This document shows, one piece after another, positions 1 to 10,977 of a stretch of 41,544 nucleotides of DNA (within the stretch, counting starts at the first letter, position 1; each line of letters starts with the position of its first letter). The notes beneath the pieces are model-generated. The model worked only from the letters and a program-made list of their open reading frames with translations, did no database searches and had not been told where the DNA came from. The position numbers and the translations under genes are program-made. Source of the DNA: Parvularia atlantis (taxonomy: Eukaryota); assembly GCA_943704415.1 (NCBI GenBank), contig CALSCO010000429.1, forward strand, positions 1-41,544, written 5' to 3'.

Positions 1-614
1 CGCGCTCGCCGGCGTGAGCGGGGGGGCGCAGGAGGACACGGAGAAGATGCGCGTCGAAATCGAGGAGATCAAGACGCAGCCCAAAATCTTCCAGCTGATG
101 AAGTGCACCGCGTGCAGCAACCCGCTTGACCTGCCCGCCGGTGCGGCCGCCGCACTCGTTGTTCGGCAAGCGTGCTCACGCGCGGGCGCAGTGCACTTCC
201 TATGCATGCACTCGTTCCACCAGCGCTGCCTGGGCGAGAACGAGAAGGAGTGCCCCATCTGCGCGCCGAGCAACCGCACCATCCTCGAGATCAAGCGGTC
301 GCAGGCGCGTGCAGCGGCCGCTGAGCGCGACGTCGACGCTGACCGCTGCAACGTGCGCGCACACAGGAGCAGAACGCGAACCGCCACGACCAGTTTTCCA
401 AGCAGCTCGAGTCGAGCGAGGACGGCTTCTCGGTCGTGGCCGACTACTTTGGGCGCAACGTGTTCAACAAGGTGCGCCGCGATGGGGCGCGACGTGGCGG
501 CGCAGGCCAAACCGCGTCCTCGCGCAGGTCGTGCTGATGGACACGATGCCGCCGCTCGTGCCGCTCGGCCCGCCGCCGGGCGCGTCGTCCGCGTCGTCCG
601 CGACGAGGCGATGA
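1..614 (+). CDS. VPS11: Vacuolar protein sorting 11 (HOPS/CORVET subunit), 3' part, spliced
   Basis: Removing introns 141-191, 305-366 (GC-AG) and 472-527 gives ...KIFQLMKCTACSNPLDLPAVHFLCMHSFHQRCLGENEKECPIC...HDQFFQQLESSEDGFSVVADYFGRNVF, the Vps11 RING-H2 plus Vps11_C signature. 5' part is outside the window. Confidence 0.93.
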
Positions 615-658
615 GCGGAACAACCGCTGTGATGTACACATTCGCGTACTGCTGACCG

Positions 659-1296
659 ATGTGGCGAGTGGCCTGGTCACGTGCCGGCGTCCTCTCGATC
701 GCCGCGGCGGCGCGCCGTGCGCCCGTGCGCCAGCTGGCGGCGTCTCCGGCACCGGGCGCCGCGGCAGCAGCAGCAGCGGGTGGGATGCCGACGACGCCGC
801 AGGCGACCGGCCGGCCCAAGGCCGCGCCCGCGCCGCCGCCGCCCGCATTGCCGCCGTCGCAGTGGGTCGTGGACGTGACGGACGCGGCCGCGCGGGTGCG
901 TCGTCGTCGTCGTCGTGTGCCGGTGCGCCTGACGCCGCGGTGCAGCAAATCAAGGCCATCCGCGAGCGCGACGGGCAGCCCGACCTGAAGCTGCGCGTGT
1001 TTGTGCAGAGCGGCGGCTGCTCCGGCTTCGAGTACAAGCTCGAGCTGACGCGCGATGTCGAGCCCGAGGACCGGTGCGCGCCATCCGTCGTCGTGGTCGC
1101 TGCTTCTCACACGGCGCGCAGCGTCTTTGAGCGCGACGGCGCGCAGGTCGTGATTGACATCGAGTCGCTGGCGCATCTGTACGGCGCGACCGTGCACTAC
1201 TCGCGCGAGCTCATGCGCCAGAACTTTGTCGTCGTCAACAACCCACACGCCGAGCAGTCGTGCGGCTGCGGCACGTCGTTCAACCTGCGCGGGTGA
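659..1296 (+). CDS. ISCA2: Iron-sulfur cluster assembly protein IscA2/Isa2 (HesB family), probable mitochondrial presequence; 2 introns
   Basis: LRVFVQSGGCSGFEY and SCGCGTSF motifs; Arg/Ala-rich N-terminus MWRVAWSRAG; introns at about 896-945 and 1074-1121 join the frames. Confidence 0.92.
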
Positions 1297-1406
1297 CGGA
1301 TGTGTGCAGCCCAGCAAAGGCAGACGCAAAGTGACAGGACACAGGACAGGAGAAGGGAAGCAGGTGAAAATCAACGACGGGAACGGGGTCAAATTTGGCG
1401 GCACGG

Positions 1407-1652
1407 TCAGCTGCTCTCGCTCGGCGGCGTGTCCCCTGTCCCTGGACTTGCCGCGTCCGACATGTCGGCCGTCGACGGCGTCGGCTCGTGCTCGTGTTCG
1501 GTTGGCTCGTGTTCGGTCGGCTCGGGTTCGGTCGGCTCGTGCTCATGGGCTGGCTCGTGCTCGTGCTCGTGCTCGTGCTCGTCCGCGTGCGCGTGCGTGT
1601 GCTCGTGCTCGTGCTCGTGCTCGTGCTCATGGTCATGCTGCGCTTGCCCTTC

Positions 1653-1685
<33 letters not shown>

Positions 1686-4394
1686 ATGAGCGTGGTGGCC
1701 CTCGCCGTGCGCGGCATGCTCGCCTGCTGTGTGTCAGCGGGCCCACGCACAGCAGTCGGATCGCACCGTCGTTGTACTGCTCCAGGTTGTCGTACTGGAA
1801 GTCGCCCTCGGCCGCCCCTGGGAGCGCTGCGTCGGCGTCGACGGGCGGCGAAAACATCCATTGCTGCGCAGCGAAAGCGGCGTCAGCCACGCACAGCGCG
1901 CACGTTGGCGTGCGCAGCGCACTGGCTGCTGGATGAGCGCCTCAATGACCGTGCACTTGTACGGCATGTCGTGCATCATCGTCTGGATGCTCTCGACGCG
2001 CGGGCGCAGCAGGTTGGGCCCAAAAACGATTGCGAGGTTGGACGGGGCCATCTTGTTGACCTTGCTGTTGGCCGCGATGCTGCCGCGGGACGCACGAGCG
2101 GGTCACCACGCCGCGTCGGTGCCCGCACGCAAGGGGGTACGCACCGCGCCAGGTGGCCCGACAGGTACTCGAGTGTGTTGAAGTTGGGCTCGGGCAAGGA
2201 GTGCACGAGCTGCTGGATGGTGAGCATGCGCGTGTCGTAGTCCATGTTGCCTGCCGCGGCGGCGTCAGCGGGCCGCGTGGTGCACGCCGGGCAGCGCAGA
2301 CGCACGGCCTGCGTTGACAAAGTCGTCGTACAGCTCGTACGTCAGCAGCGGCTCGGGCAGCTCGCGGAAGTACGTCTTCAGGCAGTCGGCGATCACGTTC
2401 ATGTCGTCGTCGTACAGGCTCGGGTCGCTCAGGTCGACCTTCTCGGGCGCTGGCGCGGTGTGGCGAGCGTGCGCGTGAGCGAGACGATTGAGAGGACGCG
2501 CTTCGCGCCGCACTCGTGTTGAACAGGTTGCGCAGGTTCTGGTTCGTCGTGTTGTTGCCGGCCAGGCGGTACAAGCCGACCGACGTGAGGCTGTGACAGC
2601 ACACCAGCGTGAGCCAGCCAGCAGCACGGTACATGGGCGCCGCCAGCGCACCCCGCCTCGTCAATCTTCTCGATGCACATGCTCACGACGATGGGCACGC
2701 GCGGGTGCTCGGCAAACATCTGCTCCGCGATCGGTACCCCAAAGAAGGCCTCTGCGCTCGCACGGGCCGAGGGTAAGCGTGGCGCGCAGGGTTGCGCAGC
2801 CAGCGGCGCACTCTTCGGCTCTTTTGGCAGCGTGCCAGACTTGGTCGCCTCCTGCGGCTTGCGCAGTCCGAGGAATCCGCGCTTCTTCGTGTCCTCCTTC
2901 TTGCTGCGCGGCACACGCAGGGTGTGAGCGCGGCAAAGGACGCGCGTTGAGCAGCGCGGACGCACGCGCTGGCGTCGAGCGCCTCCTCGCGCGACTGGCT
3001 CTTGTGCAGCGTCTTGCGCTCCTTCTCGGCCAGCTTCTCGGCCCTCTCGCGCTCCTTCTTGTCCTTCTCCTCCCGTTCCTTCCGCTCCTTGTCGTCCTTC
3101 TCGCGCTGCTTGCGCTCCTTCTCCTCGCGTTCCTTGCGCTCCTTCTCCTCCTTCTCCTTCTTCTCCTTCTCCTCCTTCTCGCGCTTCTTCTCGGCCTTGG
3201 CATCCTGCGTCGTGCGTCAGCCAGCACGTCGCGGGCATCGGCACGGCGGGGCCTGTGCCTTTTCAGTGACGGGCGTCGGCGGCGCGCCTGCAGCCGCGTT
3301 CCCTGCCTTGTCGATCGCGAGCATGTTGAGCCCCTCGGGCTTGGAGCCCTTGGTGCTGTGCTGCCGCGCCTCCTTGTCGTCTGCGGCCGGGGCGCCTTCG
3401 CTGGGCGGCGCCGCGCCCGCAGACGCGACAATCTCGGGTGCCTGCAAAGGCGAAGATGTGTGAGATGCGCGTGCATGACACGCCGACGATATTGACGGCG
3501 GCGCACCCGCTCGCCCGCCGCGGCACGGATGTGGATGATCCACTCCTGCATGGACTTGTCGTCCTTGACCTCGAAGAGGTACTCGGCCAGCTTCTTAGTG
3601 GTCTGACCGCGGCACACGCGCGTCAGAGTGCGCGGCGGGCGAGGGGCGGCGGCGCACGAGTCGCAGCACGTGGCGCTTCTCCTTGACGTAGTCGTCGTCC
3701 ACGGCGATGTCGCCGTGCAGCACCGAGATTGCGCCGACGCAGAGCCACTCCTGCAGCTTGTGCTCCATGTCCTTGTCGGCGATCTCGTCAAAGTCGCCGG
3801 CCTTGACCTCGGAGCGCGCGCGCTTGTGCGACTGTCTCCTCTTGGTGTCGCGCTCGGTCTTGGCCTTCTCCTCGCGCGAGCCTGATGCGCGCCATCGGCA
3901 CAAGCAGCACGAGCAGCACACGCGACGCACTCTTGCGAACGTCCTTCAGATCCTTCGCCGTCTTCGACAGCTTGCGCACCCCGGCCGTGCCGTGCGCGTC
4001 GCCGACCTCGCCCTCGGGCTCCGTCTCTCCCGCGTCGTCCTCTGCCGCGGGGACGCTGTTGAGCGCGGCACAACGACGACGGCGCTCACGACGGCGACGC
4101 CACCGTCCGGCTCGTCCGCGTAGAACAGCAGCGTGCTGCCGCGCAGCTCGGCGAAGAACGCCTTCCAATCGCGGTGCTTGGCTGCGACGGGGACGGCGCC
4201 GTGAGCGTGGCGCCGTGAGCGTGGCGCCAACGGCAACGCGCCACGTTACCGCGCTTGGCGCCCTCGAGCTTGTCGTTCTTCTTGCTGAGCGGCCCGGCGT
4301 GCACCGGCGCCGGCAGCAGGTGCTCGAGCTGCGCCGCGCGCAGCCCCAGCGGCGAGCCGGAGCCCTCGGGCGCGGCGCCTGCGTCGTCGGCCAT
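1407..4394 (-). CDS. PH-domain RhoGAP with Lys/Glu-rich helix and C-terminal His-Glu repeat; about 14 introns
   Basis: Interrupted PH domain (RDWKAFFAELRGSTLLFY ... EYLFEVKDDKSMQEWIIHIR). RhoGAP motifs FGVP, GLYRLAG (arginine finger), LKTYFRELPEPLL, NKMAPSNLAIVFGPNLL. Stop TGA at 1409-1407. Confidence 0.9.
1485..1690 (-). repeat. Coding hexanucleotide repeat (GAGCAC)n encoding (HE)n
   Basis: (GCTCGT)n runs on the + strand, in frame in the last RhoGAP exon. Confidence 0.85.
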
Positions 4395-4505
4395 CGCGCG
4401 GCTTCTGCGGAAGGCGCGGCGTCAACAACGGGGCGACGGGCGCGGCGCGACGGACGCGACGCAGTAGAAGGAGCAGCACCGACCAGTGAGGGAAGAGAGT
4501 GAGGG

Positions 4506-4507
<2 letters not shown>

Positions 4508-4579
<72 letters not shown>
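4508..4579. repeat. (GA)n microsatellite
   Basis: About 35 uninterrupted GA units between the divergent RhoGAP and Gga genes; a poly-C run follows at 4641-4660. Confidence 0.97.
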
Positions 4580-4582
<3 letters not shown>

Positions 4583-4782
4583 CCGAGAACGACGACTGAA
4601 CGGTGGTTGAACAGCGCCGTCGCAGCTCATGTTTTCCCTACCCCCCCCCCCCCCCCCCCCGCTACATAGCCTACTTGCAGTTTGCAGTGCAACTTGAGAC
4701 GCCGATCCTATGTACGTAGCGCGCCGTCTCTCATTCGTCGCGGCTGACGCGCCGCCGCGCCGCAGACGCCGCGCGGGACGCG

Positions 4783-6577
4783 ATGGCCGGGCTCGTGCGC
4801 GGCGCGCTGCAGCTCAACGTGGCCGCGAGCAACCCGGTGTCGACCGCGCGTCTCGAGGACCTGCTGAGTGCGCCGCCGTCCGCGTTTCTCCTTCGTTCTG
4901 GCGCCACGCTCAACGACGGCGCCGGCGCGCGCGCGCCACAGACCTCGCCACGGACGCCGCGCGCAAGGCGCCGAACCTGGAGCTGACGCTGGAGATCTGC
5001 GACTGGATCAAGAACAAGCACAACGGGTGCGCGGCGCGAGTGTCACGACGGCGGCGGCTGACGTGGCTTTCGGGGGGGGGGGGGGGGNNNNNNNNNNTCG
5101 CCGACATGTTCATGAGCCAGGCGCGTGGCTCGCACGTGGAGCTGCAGCTCGTCGCCCGGCCTACGCCGCCGAGGCGCTGTTCAAGCGCATCCACGGGCGC
5201 AACCAGCAGACGTCGCTACTCGCGCTCAACGTGCGCGTGGCGCCATGGACGAACGTGCGGGGAGGGGCTCACGGCGCACGCGGCGCGGAAAGGTGCTCGA
5301 CGCCGCCGTCAAGAACTGCGGCATCCCGTTCCACCTGCACGTCGCCTCGAAGCGCTTCCTGAACGAGCTCGTGCGGTTCTTCCCCGAGAAGATGCCCGTG
5401 CGCTGCTCCTCCCACCGTGCGCGCGCGCGCACGCGACCGACCAGTCGCACGGCGCGCGCGCAGACGCCCAAGCCGCCCGTGATGGAGCGCATCCTCGAGC
5501 TGATTCAGCTCTGGAACTTTGGCCTCGTGCCCAAGTCGCGGCACAAGAGCGACCTAACCAACATCAGCAACATGTACCGCCTGCTCAAGAACAAGGGGTA
5601 CATCTTCCCCAAGTACAAGGAGAGCGAGGCCGCGCTCATCATCAGCGACCCCGCGCTCCTGACCGAGCAGGAGCTCGAGAAGGAGGACCAGGCGGCGCAG
5701 GCGGCAGTGAGCGCGCGCGCGCGCGCGTCGGGCGGCCACGCGCAGCTGTGCTGAACACGGCGCGCGACGCAGAAACTGGACGAGCTGCTGCGCCGCGGCA
5801 CGCCCGAGGACCTGCTAGCGGCCAACGAGCTCATGAAAGTGCTCGCTGGCTACGTGCGTGCCGCGCGCCCAGTGGGGCTGTGTCGATCGCCGCCTGAGGA
5901 TGCACGCACGCGGCGCACGCACAGGACCCGGAGACGAAGCCCGACTACAAGAAGCAGGTGGACGAGCAGCTGAAGAAGATTGAGCAGTCGTGCCAGGAGC
6001 TGCTGGACGTGCTCGGCGGCATCGTGCCGGGCGAGCCGCTTGACTCGTTCAAGTTGCTTGACGTGCGCCGCCGCGCACTGTGCGGGTGGGTCGCTGAGGC
6101 AGCGCGACCGACGCAGGAGCTCGCGTCGACCTGCCGCAGCTCGCAGCCCAAGATCCAGGGCTTTATCGCCGACGAGGAGGACGAGAAGCGGACGGGTGCG
6201 TAGGTCGCTTCCCTGTGCGTGCGCGGCGAGGCTCACGCGCACACGCAGAGGTGCTGCTGCAGCTCAACGACCGGATAAACTCGGCGCTGCAGGGCTACGA
6301 GTGCGTGCGCGCGGCCCGGCCGATGCCGCCAGAGGTCATCGCCGTGATCCACTCGACCTTTGCGCCGATCTCGTCCAGGTCTGTGGCGCGCGCGCGCGCG
6401 TGTGCAGCCACACCGACCGTCTGATGTGCCTGTGCTTGCGCCACTCAGGTCAGCCGCGCCCTCGCCCGTAAGGCAGCCGCAGAACGGGAGCGGCTCGCTC
6501 GGCCCGGCGGCGCAGCACTACCAGCAGCAGCTGCAGCAGGCGTCGCCGCACACCTCGCAGCCGACGCCGCCACAGCA

Positions 6578-6615
<38 letters not shown>

Positions 6616-7694
6616 GCGCCGTGTCGCTGATTGACCTCGACCTGGACTTTGGGGCGCCGGCAGCTCCCGCGGCCGCGTCGAGCGTGTCCGGCAGCCTCGC
6701 GAGCGACCTGGCAGGCCTGTCGCTGCAGCCGGCAGCCTTTGCGGCGTCGGGCGGCTACAGCGCGGCTCCGCCACCCTACACGGCCGCGTTTACACAGCCG
6801 ATGCCGACCGCACAGCCGTTCGCGGCGTTTGCCCCGCTGACCGGGGCGCCCATGGGCTTCAGCCAAGCACCGGCACCCGCACCGGCACCGGCACCCGTAC
6901 CTGCGCCTGTGCCTGCACCGGCCGCCTTTGCACCCGCCTTTCCGCCCGCGCCCGCGTCTGCGCCCGCACCCGCACCGATGACCGCACCCGCCGCCGTCGC
7001 TCCGGCGCTGCAGCCGTTTGCCTCGTTTCCGCCGCCTCCCTCGGCCGCCGTTGCCGCGCCGCCGTCGCCCGTGCACGCCGCAAGCCCGCCGACCGTCGTT
7101 GCATCGCCGCCCGCTGCGCTGCTTGTGAACCTCACGGGGTCGGTTTCGCCGCCGCCCGCTGCCACGCCCGCCGCGTTGACGCTCGTGCACGAGGGTGCGC
7201 ACGCCTGTGACGTTGCGCTCGCCTGTGGCTGACGCGCGCTCGCAGTGGTCGCGCACGAGTCAGACGCGCTCAAGATTGTGCTCGAGCTCGAGAAGGTCGA
7301 TGACCGCGTCAACTGCAAGGCGAGCGTGCTCAACAAGCTGCTGACGGGCATCACCAACTTCAACCTGCAGCTGGCCGTGCCCAAGGTGCGTGCCGCGCTG
7401 GCATCCGAGCCATCTGACCGACCGCCGCGCAGACGCAAAAGCTGCGCCTCGAGCCCCTGTCCTCGCCAAACATCGCGCCGTCAAGCATGGGCGGGCGCCC
7501 GGCCACGCAAGTCATCGTGATCGAGAACCCGACGCGGGTGCGGTGCCGCGCAGGGCACGCGGGGGCGCTGACACGGCCGGGCCGCGCAGGCGCCCGTGCG
7601 CATCCGCTTCAAGCTGTCGTATGACATCCCCGGCAAGCAGGCCAACGTGTCGGAGCAAGGCGAGTTCCTCAACCTCCCCGCCTTTTTCGGCTAG
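4783..7694 (+). CDS. GGA: GGA clathrin adaptor (VHS, GAT, Pro/Gln-rich hinge, GAE ear); about 13 introns; spans an assembly gap
   Basis: VHS: LDAAVKNCGIPFHLHVASKRFLNEL. GAT: KLDELLRRGTPEDLLAANELMKVLAGY (like yeast Gga). Hinge clathrin-box-like SLIDLD. GAE: FNLQLAVPK/TQKLRLEPLS and IRFKLSY. Stop TAG 7692-7694. Confidence 0.93.
5088..5097. other. Assembly gap (10 N) after a poly-G run inside a Gga intron
   Basis: Ns in the sequence; the local exon junction cannot be resolved. Confidence 0.98.
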
Positions 7695-7767
7695 AGCCAC
7701 ACCATGGCCAGTGTGGTTTCTTCCCTCTCTTTATCGCGCGCGCGCGCGTGCGGGGGCGTTTGTGCTC

Positions 7768-9258
7768 TCAGTTGGTCGGGAGCTTCTCGAGCACGGCGCG
7801 CATCTGCGCGACGACCGTGTCGACTTGCTCGGCGCTGACCTGGTGGTGCATGACGAAGCGGACCTGCGTCGGTGCGGCCGCGGGGTGCGTCAGGCAGGCA
7901 CAAGCTCACCGGCGGGCGACGCACGCGGTCGCCGTAGCCGCCGCAGCCCGTGCCGAGCTCGCGCAGCTGCGCGATCAGCGTCTCGGCCGTGAGGTCCTTG
8001 CGCGTGATGTTGACGAAGACGATGTTGGTCTCGACCGTGTCCACGTCGACCGCCACGCCGAGCGGCGCCAGGCCCGCGATGCCCTCGGCGAGGCTGCGGC
8101 CGTGCGTCGTGAGCACGGCGTCGCGGCTGAGTGCGCAGGCCGCACCGCTTGGCGTTCGCGTGGTCCTTGGCCAGCACGCTCGGCATCTGCTCGAGCGCGA
8201 TCAGGCCGGGCGCGGCGAGGACGCCGGCCTGGCGCATGCCGCCGCCGAGCGCTGCGTCCACGGTCAGCCGCGCGACGTGCGGCACGGGCAGCGAGCGCGC
8301 ACCCTTACGCAGACGGCGTGCGTGGTAGATGAACGACTTGCTGCCGACGATGACCGAGCCGACGGGCGCACCGAGCGCCTTTGAGAGGCAGATCGAGACC
8401 GAGTCGGCGGCGCGGACCATGCTGCGCGCGGCCGTGAGCACATCCACGCAGCACGCGGCACCCGCGACGCACCGCGCCGGGTCCTCGTTGAGCTTGATCG
8501 CGGCGTTCATGATGCGCGCGCCGTCGATGTGCAGCTTGAGGCCGTGCTGCATGCAGCACGCGGGCGTGAGAAGAGTGGGCGCGGGCGCGCGACACGTGCC
8601 TTCTGCGCCAGCGCGCCCACGGCGTCGACGTACGCCGTCGGCAGCACGCGCCCGCCGCGGCGGTTGTGCGTGTTCTCGAGGCAGATGACCTTGGTCACGG
8701 GGTAGTGCGGCTGCGGTGCCGCGCGATCAGGACCAGCAGAGCACGGCAGCAGCAGACGGCGCACGTCGTCGCTGCGGATCGCGTGCTCGATCGCGTCCAG
8801 CGCCAGCGTGCCGTCCAACGCCGTCGGCAGCACGCGCGGGTGCGCGCCGCCCAGCTGCGCCGCGCCGCCCTGCTCGTAGTAGTAGATGTGCGCCTCGTCG
8901 CCGACGATGTACTGCGCGCCTTTCCCCCTTCAGACCGCGCCCCGCACGTGCAGCACGCGCCGCGCGCACCTCACTGCCGCGCTCGCGGCAGTGCGTGAGC
9001 ACGCTGATCAGGTTGCCCATCGTGCCCGTCGGCACCAGCAGCGCCGCCTCCTTGCCAAACAGCGCCGCCGCGCGCGCCTGCAGCGCGTTCACGGTCGGGT
9101 CGTCGCCGTAGACGTCGTCGCCGACCTCGGCCGCCATCATCGCCTGCAGCAACGCACGTCAGGCCACCGCCGCGCGCCAGGGTGGCAGCGCGCCGTGCCT
9201 CGCGCATCGCCGCCGTCGGGCGCGTGACCGTGTCGGAGCGGAGGTCGACCGAGAGCAT
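7768..9258 (-). CDS. GLY1: Low-specificity L-threonine aldolase (PLP-dependent); 7 introns, 2 with GC donors
   Basis: [44 protein letters not shown]-lysine motif [21 protein letters not shown]. Confidence 0.95.
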
Positions 9259-9394
9259 CGCAGCCACGTGGCGATCCGTGAGTTCAAGTTGGCGTCGAGA
9301 AGACAAGATCACAGCGGGTGGGGGAGGGGCTCACGGCCGTGGCGGCGTCCGTGTGGAGGCAAACCCGCGAGGTTGCGCCGACACAACGAACGGC

Positions 9395-10977
9395 TTAATG
9401 TTGACCGGGAAAGGCAGACGCGGCAGGTGAGTCGAAACGCCCACCTTGAACTCGACTCAAATCGGCGGCCCGGGCCAGAAAACTGCCACTGGCAGGTCGA
9501 GCGTCAGCGGTACCGCCAAAGGGCGACGACTGAGAAAATACGAAGGGCGCCGAGAAAGCGAAGCCGCCTGAGCCACTGGGGAAGTTCATCGGCCGCGGCG
9601 GTGCCGGCGTCGCTGCAACGCCGAACGGAGATACCGACGTCGTTGTAATGTTGCCCAGCTTGCTGGCGTCTGCGTTCAAGATATCGGCCAGGCGAGGCTG
9701 CCACCCAAACGAGACGGCCGTCGTCGTCTGCACCAGCGGCTTGTCGTCGATGCGTTCGAGCTGAAGCGCGTCCACGCGCGTCAGCAGCTGCTCGCGCGAC
9801 TTGGCCGACCGGAGAGACACATCGTCCGTCAGTGCGGCCGCCACCGCCCGCGCCCGCTCGATGTGGTCCAGCGTCAGCAGCAGCGCGTCCTTCTGCTCCA
9901 GTAGCGCCTTGATGTCGGCCGTGAGGGCCATGTGCACCTCGTTCTCGAGCTCGCGCTTGCGGTTGCGCAGTTCGGCCACCTTCTGCTCAAGCGGCTCGAT
10001 AAGGGGCAGAAAGCAGTCGGTGATGCTCTTGAAGACCTTGCCCTTGTGCTCCTCAAGCTGCCGCAGCGCAGCTTCAACCGCGTCGATGGCAGCCTGGACC
10101 TTCCACTGCTGCGGCTCGAGCGCGCTGCTGAGCGAGGCGATGGCCGCGCGCTGCTTCTCGAGGCCGTCGGCCAGGGCGATGAACGGATGCGCGGCGTGCG
10201 GCGCAGTGGCACAGTCGGCACAGGCCAGGTGGTCGCATCGATCGCAGTACAGGGTCGCACGGTTGGCCGGGTGCGCGCGGCACATCAGGCCCATCGGTGC
10301 CGCGCCGGGCTTGGCCGTCACGACGTGGTCCCGCGTTGCCTTGGCGCGCTGGTGCGCCCGGGCATCCTCGTCGCACAGGTCCATGGCGCACGTCTCGCAG
10401 CAGTGCGTCGCAGGCGCCTCCTCGCAGGTCGCACAGACAACCGTCACGCTCGCCGCGCTGGCCACCACGGGCTCAAGCAGGTCGGCGCGGGAGAACTCGG
10501 CGTGGCAGTACGTCAGGCCGAGCAGGTACAGGCACTTGCGCGGCTTCTCCTTCGTCTTGTGCACGCACACCGCGCAGATCGGGTGCAGGCATGGCGTGCG
10601 GCCCGCATCCGCGCCGAGCACCTCCAGGCAAAACGGACACGCTGCGCCATGCACGCAGTGAGCGAGCGCGTGCATCGGCCGCGAGACGCGCGCGCACCCG
10701 GTGGCTCGTCGCTCTCGACCTCGGGCGCAGGCGCAGGCAAGGGCACGGGCGCCGCGATGCCCGGCAGGAGCGACGTGACGAGCGCGGCCACGGGCGGCGT
10801 GACCATCGGCGGCGGCGTGACCATCGGTGGGCCGGACGACGTGCCGACGATGCGCGACGGCAGCGGCGGCTGCGGCGACGTGGCCGTGCGTGCGGGGCCG
10901 CTGGTGGGCGTCCCTATGCGCGGCATCGGCGCGCGCGCGCTCGTGTCGCCCACGTCGACGGACGCGAAGCGGCGCAT
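9395..10977 (-). CDS. TRIM/RBCC-like protein: Pro-rich N-terminus, RING-like, B-box1, B-box2, coiled coil; one intron 10642-10697
   Basis: CPFC...TPCLHPICAVC (RING-like); CATCEEAPATHCCETCAMDLCDEDARAHQRAKATRDH (B-box1); CRAHPANRATLYCDRCDHLACADC...HAAH (B-box2); heptad-rich region follows. The GTGCGC...CTCAC...GCAG intron joins ORF 10513-10977 in frame. Start codon uncertain. Confidence 0.8.

Noticed and set aside
1300..1689. Cys/Ser-rich metallothionein-like ORF and poly-LV membrane-like ORF on the + strand
   Set aside because: Antisense translations of the (GAGCAC)n repeat in the RhoGAP last exon.
5098..5158. Extra coding-like sequence (ADMFMSQ...) after the gap in Gga
   Set aside because: Adjacent to an N gap and without a clean acceptor; probably a local misassembly.
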